Assembly (NCBI GenBank): GCA_963745035.1
Contig: CAVUVW010000026.1
Span: 32,001-96,000, forward strand
Reading direction: 5' to 3'
Source of the DNA: an uncultured delta proteobacterium
GTDB lineage: Bacteria; Desulfobacterota; Binatia; UBA9968
Length of the DNA: 64,000 nt
The notes below the pieces were generated by a model that saw only the letters and a list, made by a program, of their open reading frames with translations, did not search any database and had not been told where the DNA came from. Shown in pieces: positions 51,895 to 63,723 of this stretch. Positions within the stretch are counted from its first letter, which is position 1, and every line of letters begins with the position of its first letter. The position numbers and the translations under genes are program-made.

Positions 51895-52290
51895 TCACGG
51901 CTGGGATTCCGAATACGCTCCAACACGATAGATCGTGATAGCAATACTCAACCCCAATGTTGCCGCCTGTCGGAGCACCGCTTCAGGAAGCTGGAAGGTC
52001 TGAGACTCTGGTTCCGTTCCGCCCTCGAAGGCTAGATCCACCACACGTCGAGTGCATCCCTCCCAGAGTGCCTTCGATTCACCCGTTAGCTTCTCAAGCA
52101 ATGAGCAGTAAAACGATACGGCATCAGCTGCCGTTGTGTCGGTGTCGGCAAGACCTACCGACACACGATAGACGTCGCCAACCCAGTCGTTGAGATGAAT
52201 GATAATGCTGTTGCCGAACTCAGCCGCTAGCGCCGAAAGATTGCGTTCTGAGTCGCATTGCAGGTCCGTGGTGATGTACGAGATAGCCAT
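51895..52290 (-). CDS. Hypothetical protein
   Basis: 131-aa ORF. Confidence 0.55.
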   Translation of the reverse strand: MAISYITTDLQCDSERNLSALAAEFGNSIIIHLNDWVGDVYRVSVGLADTDTTAADAVSFYCSLLEKLTGESKALWEGCTRRVVDLAFEGGTEPESQTFQLPEAVLRQAATLGLSIAITIYRVGAYSESQP

Positions 52291-52293
52291 GCT

Positions 52294-52560
52294 TTAGCTG
52301 CTCCGGTTGAGCGCCGTATCATCGCCCATTTCGGCGATGATTTCCTGAAGCGATTCGGTTTTCCCCGCCTTCTCGAACCCAAACCGCTGAAGATTACCAG
52401 CCAAGCTATTCACCACGCCGCGTTTACACCCGTCCAGCGTGTGCAGCGCCTTCGGATTGTTCCGCGCCTTTGGTTTTGATTCCATCACGCCGTCAATTGC
52501 TCGGTTCACGGCAGCCAACCAAGCCGCGTCACTGGCGATGACCTCGGGGAGCACGCGCAT
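52294..52560 (-). pseudogene. Possible TerS-like remnant of a further satellite
   Basis: SLAGNLQRFGFEK..KTESLQEII resembles the C-terminus of 44895..45386. Confidence 0.4.
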
Positions 52561-53035
52561 GGCCGTGCTGATCTGAGACTCGCCGCCCTTGTCGGTGATT
52601 AAGCCGTTAAGGAGTTCTTCCCGGATGGACTGCTCTGCTGGTGTGAGGGCGCCGTTTACCCGGCGTTGTGCAACCCCCCGCTGGACCGTGTCTGAAAGCG
52701 TTCTGGTTGCCTGGTGGGCCGGATTTCCCGCATATGCCTGCCATGAGCACAGGATAGCGGAGACAGCGCTATTTTGCCTGTGAATAGCGCGATTCGATCT
52801 GTCAGACGAGATTCTATTCGATTCTAGATGGGATTTCTGACCGACAAAGTAATGGCAAAGCCAAGAAATTCCTCTTTGTTCTCTGCTGGTTAGAGGTGCT
52901 ACGAGAATCCATAGTCCTCGTGTCGGGTGGTATTGGTTTCGCTAGTTCGTGCCCATCGATAGGCAGGGGATAGTCGAGCGTCTATGCGCCGAACCTGATT
53001 TGGCGGACTAGCTTCGGCGCGAACTTCCGCTCCAG

Positions 53036-53575
53036 TCAGACCTCCGCAGATACATCTGCACGCTCGTGCACGTCGCGGTCGTATAGGTTTTGTGTCGTGA
53101 AATCTTGAACCCTGTGAATTCCGTTGGGAGTCTGGTATTGAACCATCACCAAATCGGGTGACCACGTAATGGAAAACGTGACGGCCTGTTTTTCATCTAA
53201 GAAGTCACCGATCATGCGCAAAGACAACGAGAAATTGGCAGTACGCGACAGCCTACCTGAAGCGCTGCCGCGTCGGGAACGTCCCTCAGTGTCTAAGCGA
53301 TCAATATCGGAGCTTGTTATAAGAATCCCTTTTAGATCCAAAGCATGTCGCATGGATTGGTCTACACGGCCCCAGAGTTTTTCAGTGATGGCCTTTCGCT
53401 TTCTTGCGAATGCGCTGCGTGTCGGTATTAGAATGTAATCCGCGCTGTTTTTGCGTAATTCGAAGGAATTGAGCCGAAGCGCGTCCAATGCCTGACCAAT
53501 GGCCCTAAGCGATTGTGCATACGAGAGGGTTTCTGCCACCGGGGGATGATTTTTAACGTTCGACTGATTCTGCAT
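53036..53575 (-). CDS. Hypothetical protein, paralog of 38440..38952
   Basis: YAQSLRAIGQALD...FELRK; LRMIGDFLD. Confidence 0.65.
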   Translation of the reverse strand: MQNQSNVKNHPPVAETLSYAQSLRAIGQALDALRLNSFELRKNSADYILIPTRSAFARKRKAITEKLWGRVDQSMRHALDLKGILITSSDIDRLDTEGRSRRGSASGRLSRTANFSLSLRMIGDFLDEKQAVTFSITWSPDLVMVQYQTPNGIHRVQDFTTQNLYDRDVHERADVSAEV

Positions 53576-55182
53576 TGTGTACTTCCTATAGGAAATCCCC
53601 TCTCGGCATTGAGAAACGCCACTTTTGCCGGGATTAGGTTCGATAAAGAGCGGCGCGCGATTCAAAGTTATTGACGTCGAGACCACTGAGAAGCGGGCGC
53701 TGAGCTGGGGCCCTTGCACCGCTGGAATAATATGAAAAGAGCGCTCTCTCTGCTAGAAAGCAGAAGTTGGAGAACGACATCAGGGAGCTGGACGCGTTAA
53801 TAAGTCTGTACAAGCTACCCACGGGATATCGAAGCTTACAAAATTCAACGTCCCATCTCCGCGAAATTGTCTCCGGATAACATGGGCCATTATAAAAACT
53901 CCGAGAATACGGGTAACGCACTGCCACCCTTCTTGACTATTTCCGGCGCGAATTAGGGAATTGTCATTCCCCTCCATGTGTTTTGTCTTGCAGCTTCTGG
54001 AGATCCTCTAAGCACTGCTCTGGCTCGGCATTTACAACATGCCATTATAGAGACCGATACCTCTCAACAGTCCGAACAATTTAAGTGGCCACAGAGTAAA
54101 CATTTCACTTTAAAAGTGGCCACTCTGGTCGCTTGCTCATTCCTGATCCGGCTCTCTTTGGTTTCATTGTCGTTGAGGTTGAGCGGTCATCGCGGGAGGT
54201 AGACCCGAAATTTACGCCGCCGACTTGAGGGCCGCGCTGTTTCTTTTGCCTCGGGTAGGATTTGGGTTGTAATGAATTCGGGATGTGCTCTCTTAATCTC
54301 TTCTGATAGACCTGCTTTAGCTGTAGCGATTTCTTTGGCTTTTCTAATAACATGGGGTTTCAAATCGGAGGACCTCATCGGAATTTCTCCTCCTAATTGC
54401 TCATGGGTCAGCCAAATACCAGTGGGACCGCTATTTTTCTCTCTAAAAGATTTCATCAAAGCACTCCGCCAACAATGGATCGCCTTTACCGCAAAGATGA
54501 TGCCGCGTAAAGTCGTCATGTCTTGTACGGAAGTAGCTCTAGATGGAAAGCTTTTCTACTATGTCTCGCCAGTCGTGGGGGATATGCTTGGCAAATTGAC
54601 AAAAGCCAGGGCTCGAAGATCGAATTCAATTCTCCCCGGTATGGTAGTAGTGTCTGCTTCTATCGTATTTTGGCCTCCAAAACCCTATGGAGAGGAGAAT
54701 TGAAATGACTAGAACAACGACTGGCCGACACGTCCGCGTACCGGATCATGTGTTAACATCTCGCGAAGTGACTTTAGAAAATTACTTGCCGCCAGCTTGG
54801 ATGATGCACAGCTGATCATGGCAGGTGAGCACATCGATAGGGAGTTTAACGAAGAGATCGACAAGGCACGGCGCGACGAGGGACGCGAACGGGAGAAGAA
54901 AAGCGGACAGACACACCTACTACTGTTCAACTTTCTCACTTGAAAAAAGATTTGAAGTGGTGTTGGGATTTCGTGGTTAGCGCGCGGTCGCTTTTACACC
55001 CGGTGAACAATTTTACCGGTTTGGAGTTCTACTTTCCGAAACTGGCTTCGTTGGTTTTGACAACCTTTGACAGCGGTCAAATCCTAAAGCGCTCGCACGT
55101 TCGTCTGTGGCTTGCGGCATTTTTTTGCGTTATCATCGATGTTGCTCATCGGCATTGTCATTGGCTCGGAAAGGAAGAGGGG

Positions 55183-55763
55183 ATGCCACTGCCATACCAT
55201 ACCTTATTGCCTTGTCGGACATTTCTCGCTCTCCTACTAGTGACGGGTTGCGCACCTGAAATTAGGACTCCAAAGTCGACAGCGCTGAACTGGACGGCAG
55301 AAAACCCACTCGTGTCTACAGGCGTCTCAGAAGGATCGAACGCGGTATCCAGAGTTCTTAGCCCGTCTAGTCTTGAGGCGCTGCGAAGAGGAGAAAGCAC
55401 TTCGACACCGCCATCGAGTCCCCTTACAGACATTTATTTTGCATTTGATCGATACGACCTTCGAGTGGATGCTCGCGAAACTCTCGATGCGAATGCGAAA
55501 TGGCTTAAGGAGAATCCTTCGGTCCGGGTGGAGATCGAGGGACACTGCGATGAGCGTGGTACAAGCGAATACAATTTGGGATTGGCCGCCAAGCGAGCAC
55601 AGGCGGCCAGGGATTACTTAGTATCGGTGGGAATAGTGGGCCTCGATTATCCACAGTAAGTTACGGCGAGGAAACTCCAATGTGCACGGAACACACGGAA
55701 TCCTGCTGGCAGAAAAATCGCCGGGAGCGCTTTGTCATTGCTTCGGCACTTCCGACGCTTTAA
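55183..55763 (+). CDS. pal: Pal/OmpA-family peptidoglycan-associated lipoprotein, frameshift near 55640
   Basis: LVTGC lipobox, IYFAFDRYDL, IEGHCDERGTSEYNLGL; SYGEE.P...NRR in shifted frame. Confidence 0.85.
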
Positions 55764-55768
55764 ATCAC

Positions 55769-56292
55769 CTAATAGATTTCGCCAAAACCTATAGCTGCTT
55801 TTTTGGCGTTGATATAAACGTCTACCTCATAATTGCCAATAGCCCATTTTCCCGGGTCGAAACTTCCAGCGTTGACAACATGGCTAGACGAAGTCCAATC
55901 TGGTCCAATTCGGTTGTCGACTTCTTCAATGCGGACGGTCCTTCCGTTACGGCGAAAATCAAGTCTAATGGGAAAATGGATACTGGTTTTGGTTCGAGGA
56001 TAGTCAAGACTAATGTCGGTATAAACGGTCCTGCCTATCTTCATTGCAAACCTGGTTTCATATTGTCGATGCACAAATGCTACTTTAGATCGTTCACCTT
56101 CGAAAAACTGGACTTTCGTAACACGTGCGTTCACGGATGGACTTAAGGCGATTGGCTCCTCGACAATCATGGCGTCACGCACCGTGGAGCCCGAGCGAGT
56201 TTCCAACGTACGCGTAGCGCTACAGGCCGTGATCGACAGAAAAAAAAGGCAACCAATGGTAGGCCAGGCGATTGTTTTAGGTCGAAGAACAT
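55769..56292 (-). CDS. Hypothetical probable lipoprotein (start uncertain)
   Basis: ITAC lipobox-like segment followed by a beta-rich domain (GKWAIGNYEVDVY). Confidence 0.5.
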
Positions 56293-56588
56293 CACTCCCT
56301 CCTCGCTTTAACCCTTAGAACAATCAAAATGCCAAAATGGAAAGGGCTATAAATTGTATTGTTCTACACGGATTGTGTCGTGGCAGACCAACAGTGTTTA
56401 CACAACTGGCCCAATATGACCAAACTTGATACCTGGTGCTGGGTCCCGGCTCGTCACGGATTGAGCCACTGCGAGAGATGTCTGGTACATTTCGCACCTC
56501 GTTCGTGAGAGCTGATATTGTTGTCGGAGCACTCAATTGTTAAACCCGGCACTCTGCCTCTCGTTCTTCCGTTTTTCGAAGATCACGC

Positions 56589-56927
56589 TTAGGTTTTGTA
56601 AAACTCGCCCAATCTCGCAGAGGAGACGCACTTGGAATTTGTGTAAAGGCGTAATAGCAGTGTGAGTTCTCGCGCCGTTTCTACCGGTGCGCTGTGATCC
56701 TCGCCCCTAAGTTCACGTCGTTCCTTGTCCAACTGCTGTATTAACGACGATCGACGATCGTTACACTGCCGGGCAGTTGCGAATGACTCAAGCGGCATCC
56801 ATTTGTTCGTGGCTGGGAGTTCCTCGGTGATGGTGAACTCTGGAGCGATTAGTATCCAACTGGTCCCGAACGAATTTGCTGGTGCGGATAAAAAGGATAC
56901 GAGAAGAAGGGCTATCGAAATTTTCAT
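56589..56927 (-). CDS. Hypothetical secreted protein
   Basis: Signal peptide; W.LIAP...W...ESFAT..QC...KCVSS. Confidence 0.6.
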   Translation of the reverse strand: MKISIALLLVSFLSAPANSFGTSWILIAPEFTITEELPATNKWMPLESFATARQCNDRRSSLIQQLDKERRELRGEDHSAPVETARELTLLLRLYTNSKCVSSARLGEFYKT

Positions 56928-57956
56928 AGGCTTGTGATGGTAACGGTTTATGAGCTATCCATCCAAGCTTTATCTTTACCTCGGGCTCTGGTACGGATTT
57001 TGACCGTCGTCGCCGGTCGATGGCTGGAGCTTTCAATGCTTACAAGGTCGGAGCGTTTGGTGTGGCCTATGGCGTTGCCATGGTTTTCGTTGGAGGTGAT
57101 TGTTTGGGCGAAAGACCTTGTAATGGAATACAAAAGCAACACGGCTCAGGCTCTAAGCGTTCCTGACAATTGCAACTTTCTGCGTTCCCTGAACTCCGCG
57201 GTACACCATCCGATAACAAATCCTGACATTGCAACTACGATTATTGATGTGATCGTGAAAGCTTCCATTTGTTACCTCCCTACTTCGCAAAAAAGCCACA
57301 ATGTAAATGGTTGCCGTCCGGTAGACGGAGCCCGACTCAGCAAAGATCGTGCTCGGAGTTTCTGCGGATTACTGCGAGCCTGGGAGGAAGGCACCTAGGA
57401 CGATCTGCCCAGCAGCAGAACAGATTTGACGTGGTGAACTGGCAGACCCGCATGTCTCGCGGTTCTACTTCACTTCGGGAACCCGAGGCAAATGGCACCC
57501 GTTCATCCCTCTCTACACAGGATCCGAACCATGTAACGCGCGGTTAAAGAGTAGTAAGAGCTCGAGCGTTGGCGCCCTGACCAGGGTGAACGCGATCTGC
57601 GCAACGAGGAGCAGCTTCAGCCAACGGGAGTGCCACATCTACTCCGTCGCAAGCGAGTAGAAGGAAGGGTTCTTTCGCTTGCCCGGCAGATTTCGTGCAA
57701 GGCCATTGCGCCCAAATTCAGGCAGGCGGGATCATGTGCGGCGCACGCAGCTGCTACAGTTTGCTCGGTGTGATCTCTGGGCAACTCTCGGGAGTTTTTG
57801 GCAACTCACCTATCTTTTTGATTGCTCGCTCTCTACACCGACAGCAAGCAACTGTAGAAGTCGAGATTTCGCGACATTCACGACAACTGCGGTGGCCGCA
57901 TAGTGCGCACGTTACTTCAAAAAGAGGCCACTCGGCATGTTTGATCATTTTTGGCA

Positions 57957-58540
57957 TCACCGCTCGATAACCATCAGTTCCCGCGAGCGGATCATCTGAG
58001 AGCAAGCTCGATGCCTCGCATTCATGTCATGTAGCGTGTCGGATTGAAGGTATTTGAACAATGTTGTCTGTGCCTGTTGACGGCACAATGACGTGCGACT
58101 GGCACAATGTTCTGCGCTACCTCTGACGCTAAGGTAGTAGCACTGGGTTACCATCCCCCATACGTCGGGATTCATTTCGCCGGATAATATACGGTCCACA
58201 TTCTTGCCAAGGGCATCAATATCGATGCACAACAACTCGTGCCCGGTCTCCTCTGCACAGAACCGCCGAAAATACCCGGAAAGAAAATACCCGGAAACCG
58301 TTCATCCCTGGTTGCGAGTTGATCTGCCGCAGCCGTCAAATACCTGGGCGTATGCTTTACAAGGTAATAGGTTTCTCGTAGGTACGCCAGATAGTGGAAG
58401 CGGGTGAAATCGCCGGCGGCGAGTCGCGTGAAGATCGGATGAGGATCGAGAGTATTTTCTTTGTACGACCTAAGGTCAGTGAGAAGCTCCGAAATCACGG
58501 CTACCTCATACGTCGAAAAATGAATCCGTGTGGGACAAAG
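57957..58540 (-). pseudogene. Degraded heme-oxygenase-like (iron-containing redox enzyme) gene
   Basis: HPIF......FTRFHYLAYLRETYYLVKHTP; multiple frameshifts. Confidence 0.55.
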
Positions 58541-59823
58541 TATACCACCGGTGCTTGATCGCTCTGGGTAGTGCAGGAATTTTTCGTGGCGGAGGCGAGT
58601 TAAGCACAATCGAGAACTTCGGCGAGGATGAGAGCCAAAGTGGAGTGCGGCGGTCGGATTCACACCGTGCTCTCTCACATGGAGATAAAATGATACGTTT
58701 CACGGCGGTAAGCGTGATTCTTCTTTTCACCCCGTGCATCGGTTGCAGCGCGCAGGTCGTGGAGCGCCCGAAGCAACTGGAGGCAAGCCGACCCAAGCAG
58801 GAAGAAGATCGGAAGTCTTCCTCAACGCCTACATTCACGTATCGCCCAGGTGCTGGTCTGATAATCGAGGGGCGCTAAGGAGCCCTGATCGAGCGTTCTG
58901 CTGTAGTTTATCAACTCAGCATGATCGTTGGGCCAGAGTAATTCTCGGATCGCAGCGCCACGGTCTGTGCTCCCCGGCTTTTTCGAGATGGACTCCCGGC
59001 GTGTCGCCTGGTTTCACTTGTGGCGCGTACATTCGGGTCCGGTTTGGCTAATGGTTTAACCCGTTCTTCGATTCACTACAGAGCGGGAATAGAGAAATTT
59101 GAATTTCGGCTTGCCCTCGTAGCGATAAACGGCAGCAGGCGAGCGGTTCTCGTTGAACTCTTTCCTCATTGCCCCTTGCACCTCCATGTTTGAGGAGCGC
59201 TACGGACTCAGTAAATCTCGTAGCGGAGGTGATAATGAAAAATTTCTCTCTGTAGCCGTTCTCCTCGTGACTGCTCCACAAGGAAAGAAGTTGACGGGCC
59301 TCGAATACGGGGAGTGCGGCTTTAGTCTGACTGTGGCGCTCCAACTCGGTACCGGGTTAACTGATGAAGAAAATCTATTTCACGGGGTTAAAGAACTAAT
59401 CTGAAAAATCATCTTGATCCCCACGCGACAACTATGTCAGAAGTTTTTTCCTGTCACGCAGTTTCTTCTCGGCCACGATTTCCAAAGCCGACAAGATTAC
59501 ACCCCAGGCATCAAGCGGCTGCCTTTCATTGCCCTGGTACAGTTGTTGCCTATTTACCGAGTCGACGTTGATGCTACGAACTGACCACCCCAGATGGTCA
59601 CCATGGGTGTCAGGGAGCAAATGGTGAAACCGCCAACGGTCGCGATCGCTTTTTTTGCCTCCCCGCAGCCTGCTGACTCTTTCTCGGTAATCAGTCCGTA
59701 ATCTGCACAACAAGCGACAACATTGGCAAAACTCGGCCGACTCGGTTCGCTGGAGCGATTGAAGGACCGAAACGGCAGAGAGAACATTTGGTTATCGGAG
59801 CGGTGATCGTGAGGCAAAACTCA

Positions 59824-60237
59824 ATGAGAACATTCCTTTTGTCCGGAGTCATTTTCGTCTTTTTGAATGGCTGCGCTGCTCCGTTGGCTCTGACTCTTCT
59901 TGGCGTAGGTGCCGGCGTAACGACGGGTACAGCAGTCTCATACACGATGGACGGGATTGCCTACCGAACCTTTACAGCGCCGCTTCCACAGGTCGAGCGG
60001 GCCACGCTGACAGCGCTAAATGATATGGGAATGGAAGTCGAGAGCGCAGAGAAAACTGACAACGGGAAAGCAATCAAAGCCAAGGGAGTCGACCGTCGGA
60101 TCGAGATAGAATTGCAGGCAATAAGCTCGAAGGCAACCCGAATCCGCACGGTTGCCAAGGACGGGGTGTTTTTCAAGGACCGGGCGACCGCTACGGAAAT
60201 CATTTTACAGACCGAAAGAATTCTTGGCAAAGCGTAA
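59824..60237 (+). CDS. DUF3568-like lipoprotein
   Basis: LNGC lipobox, GVGAG, V.RAT..AL.DMG, IEIEL......T.I. Confidence 0.7.
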   Translation: MRTFLLSGVIFVFLNGCAAPLALTLLGVGAGVTTGTAVSYTMDGIAYRTFTAPLPQVERATLTALNDMGMEVESAEKTDNGKAIKAKGVDRRIEIELQAISSKATRIRTVAKDGVFFKDRATATEIILQTERILGKA

Positions 60238-60255
60238 CCACAAGGGGGGTTATTT

Positions 60256-61101
60256 ATGAAGAAAGTACCGTACGTGTTCTTTATCGGTGTTTCGCTATTA
60301 ATCTTGGCGGCGGCTCCGGCGCAGAACTTTGCTCAGACAACTTCTGCGAGTAGCACGCCAGCTACCAACATCAGCAATGACTACAGTTACTTTCTTAAAA
60401 ACGTCAACTCACAGCAAGTCGTAAACGACCTTAGAAACGGGCAGTGGACCACCACTGTTACAGACCCTAAGACAAATGCGACAACTACTACCACCGAGGC
60501 TCTTCCAACCGGGAAGATGGGATTCGGCAATGTGAAGATTTCCTTGGGTCTAGCCCAGGAGAGCCTAAGGCAGCAAGGCATCCTACAGCCCACAACTGAG
60601 CAGCTTCACACGGCCATGGTGGGCGGGCAAATGGTTCCGGGCGACCCCACGACCACGACCAATGGCATTCTCCAGATGCGCGCCGATGGAATGGGTTGGG
60701 GACAAATTGCCCAAAAGTATGACGTCAAACTCGGTCAGCTCATGAGTGGCAAGCAGCCCGCCTCGACAACAACGACCAGCACGACGAGTACTAGTACGAC
60801 CAGCAAAGGTATCACTACCGGCAACGGAAAGTCGTCGACAACCTTCACGGGTAAAGGGAATGGCAAAGCCTTTTCAGGAAGTGAATCTCAGGAAAGCGGA
60901 ATCGTCAGCGCCTCGGGCCGAACCTCCGGTACATCCTCTGGTTCCGTAAGTCACGGCGGGCGTGGCATTGTGAGCGGGTCCGGTCGATCCATAGGTCATA
61001 CGAGCGGCATCGTTACGGGCGGGGGCAACGGGCATCAATATGGCGCATCGGGAGGCGGTCACGGTAATAGTGGGGGAAATGGAAAAGGTCATTCTAAATA
61101 G
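60256..61101 (+). CDS. Secreted Thr/Ser/Gly-rich protein
   Basis: Signal peptide, MGFGNVKISL.LA, ILQMRADGMGWGQIA, low-complexity tail. Confidence 0.75.
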   Translation: MKKVPYVFFIGVSLLILAAAPAQNFAQTTSASSTPATNISNDYSYFLKNVNSQQVVNDLRNGQWTTTVTDPKTNATTTTTEALPTGKMGFGNVKISLGLAQESLRQQGILQPTTEQLHTAMVGGQMVPGDPTTTTNGILQMRADGMGWGQIAQKYDVKLGQLMSGKQPASTTTTSTTSTSTTSKGITTGNGKSSTTFTGKGNGKAFSGSESQESGIVSASGRTSGTSSGSVSHGGRGIVSGSGRSIGHTSGIVTGGGNGHQYGASGGGHGNSGGNGKGHSK

Positions 61102-62080
61102 GCCCATGACCGACAGTCCGATCTGTATTTTTGAGTAATGAAAAATGGAACAACGTCAGAATTGTAATCACGAAAAAAGATCACACTCGTCAGAAAGCTG
61201 TGCTTCCGATTGCGTTACCTGTCGGCCCGCGAACGCGCCCATATTTCTCAATAGCATCTCGACAGGAGAAGACATTTCAGAGCAGATTGCGCGCCTGCGC
61301 AGATTCGAGCCGTCGCCGATGAACTTGACGCGTAATCTGCTCTGACCGGACATCCTGCTCATCAGCAGTTAGATCAGCCTCGCTGCGTCGGCGCTGAATT
61401 GTGGAAAGTCCATGCCGGAATCCGGTCTGATTGAGACGGTGTATAGTCATTAAAAACTAGGAGACAAACTTATGAGCGGAAAGGTGATTGGGCTTCTACT
61501 GGCTCTTGCGCTCATATGGTGGCTTTACAGTTTCTGTGGAGGAGATCCGAGATGCCCGGCGACGGACTACGCGATACGATCACCGATCCGTTGGCTTTTC
61601 TAACGACTTAAGCAACAGCTAATGCGGGGTCATCAGCGCCGGTACTCTGGGGATGGGTGATGATTGCGTGCAATACGGGAGCTTCAGCGCTGGTGGGATG
61701 GGAAGAATCATCACCCTAAGAATGCTCGTGGTCCTGCTAGACAGTAGATGCCGTTCACTGGTGAACACCAAACTGTTCACCGGCGATCAGCAGATGTTCA
61801 TGGGTGAATAGCCCCCCAATTACTTTTAAGATTACTAAGATCGTCCGCTCCTTGGTTATTCCACCTCTGTATTTTTAGCCCAACACCCAATCGTCTCCCG
61901 CTTCCAACTTCAAGTCGCGATCAAAACTCCAAGCCTTCGCGTCGATATCGCGGGGTCTCGCCTCGTGTATGTCACGAGTTTTCCAACTACGAATCAAGGT
62001 GACGATACCTGGAAGGATACAAAAAGATACGCTGGGTGTGATGATGAGTATGAGAGCTAGACTGTGCACGTTTCTAACTA

Positions 62081-63551
62081 GTTCTCACTGAAAAAGTAGG
62101 GTTGAGACCGGATTGGAGATCATCAGCGACTGAATCGGTTTTTCAAATGGGAACAATCTTTAGAGTTGATCATCACTCAGGTTCTTTGCCACAGGTTGTA
62201 AGAGAAGATCGCCCATCCTGTCCAGATAGCCGTTCCTGCAGAGCCCTTGGCCAGCACTCGACCCAAGCCGAACTTGCGTTTCAGCATACTGATGGAGGCT
62301 TCTATGCCGCAGCGAAACCGTTGCAATTGTCTGAACCACTTCTTTCTTTGATGAGTCCTTTCACGGCTGCTCAAGCGGCCCACTTTCGGGATGCCGACTT
62401 TCTCAATCCCGGCCTGGCTGAGTTTCAGCACGTTATCGCGACTGTAGTAACCTCGATCCGCGGCCAGTTCCGTAGGTTTTATCCCCACAGCGGTTTTTGC
62501 CTGTCGCAGTACCGAAAGCAGTTCGGTCCTATCGCTGGGGTTGCCTCTGTGAACCTCGTAGTGAACGATGACTCCACAACTGTCCTGCACCAGCTGCAGC
62601 GTACGCCCAAACTCCACCGCCTTATTAAGTTTCCCTTTGCGAATCGGCCGCACCTCAGGGTCGTGGAAGGAAACGATCCGCTGCGGGATTGATTTTTGTC
62701 CCGCAAGCTTTTGCTCGGTCTGGCTCAGAATAGTTTGAGCCCGCTCGATTTGATCCAAAAACTTTCCCTTGAGCTTTGCACACTGATCCGACACCGATGG
62801 AAACGCCCGGCGGCTCTGTCGAACGGTGTGTTGGACAAGCTTGGCCACTTTCTTGAGGATTTTTCTTCCCTTCCTTTGACGCTCTTTGGGCTTGCCCTTG
62901 GCCGACTGACTCCAACTGAAAAGCGCCCGCTTGGTGGCCCGTACGTGGCTGGTGATCTTTTGACCCAAAGAGCGCGCCGTACGGGTAAGCGTTTTGATCG
63001 CCTGGTGCATCACTCCAACATCGTTGGGATAGCTGATGTGAGCCTCCAGGGTGGTGGAGTCGATGCGAATCCGGCGCGGCTTAATCGATCGACTCTTGAT
63101 CAACTGCTTGACCAAATGCTTATTGAGACCGCTGATCCGATCTTGGCCAAATCTTTGATTGAGCTTGATCAAAGTCGTAGCGTCGGGGACGGGGTCCATC
63201 AGGGAAAGATGGCAAAAATACCGCCACGGCAGCCTCTCTCGAACTTCCCGCTCCACTTCTTCGTAGCTCAAGCCCCAGCGAAATTTCAGGTACATCATCC
63301 GCAGATAGATCCCCACCGCCGTGCCGGGACGGCCCAGACTCGGATCGAAAACCTCCTCAAAGGGTCTGAGCAAAGGCGCATTGGACAAAAGCTCATCGAC
63401 CTTTTTAAGCTCTTCATCCAACTCGTAGAGCGAGGCATCGACAAAACCATCGCCAAAACTCATTTGCTGGGATATGGGTCTGCGCATGATTTACTCTTTA
63501 CACGATACTACTGCTCAGACCCAAGACAATTTGTACTTTTTCAGTGAGAAC
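62081..63551 (-). mobile_element. IS5/ISNCY-like insertion sequence
   Basis: Perfect terminal IR GTTCTCACTGAAAAAGTA / TACTTTTTCAGTGAGAAC, flanked by TA on both sides. Confidence 0.9.
62177..63487 (-). CDS. DDE transposase (IS5-like)
   Basis: GRPG, LSYEE, VPDATTL, RIDST, IVSFHDPE, ADRGY, RCGIEASISMLKR. Confidence 0.93.
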   Translation of the reverse strand: MRRPISQQMSFGDGFVDASLYELDEELKKVDELLSNAPLLRPFEEVFDPSLGRPGTAVGIYLRMMYLKFRWGLSYEEVEREVRERLPWRYFCHLSLMDPVPDATTLIKLNQRFGQDRISGLNKHLVKQLIKSRSIKPRRIRIDSTTLEAHISYPNDVGVMHQAIKTLTRTARSLGQKITSHVRATKRALFSWSQSAKGKPKERQRKGRKILKKVAKLVQHTVRQSRRAFPSVSDQCAKLKGKFLDQIERAQTILSQTEQKLAGQKSIPQRIVSFHDPEVRPIRKGKLNKAVEFGRTLQLVQDSCGVIVHYEVHRGNPSDRTELLSVLRQAKTAVGIKPTELAADRGYYSRDNVLKLSQAGIEKVGIPKVGRLSSRERTHQRKKWFRQLQRFRCGIEASISMLKRKFGLGRVLAKGSAGTAIWTGWAIFSYNLWQRT

Positions 63552-63723
63552 TAATTACTACTGGATCGGTTTCACGTACTAAAAGCCGCGGTCGGATTCT
63601 CCATCAATCCGATATTCGCAGCAATCCAACTAAAGCGTCGTACAGGTCAATCCTAAAGATATCTGGGATTGGTTTGCCTGGATACACCGCAGCCTGATAT
63701 CTGGATACACCAAGGGAGCACGT

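Noticed and set aside
3540-55763. Numerous frameshifts as programmed recoding or mass pseudogenisation
   Set aside because: They hit core and mobile genes alike, often near homopolymers or short repeats; assembly indels are the simpler explanation
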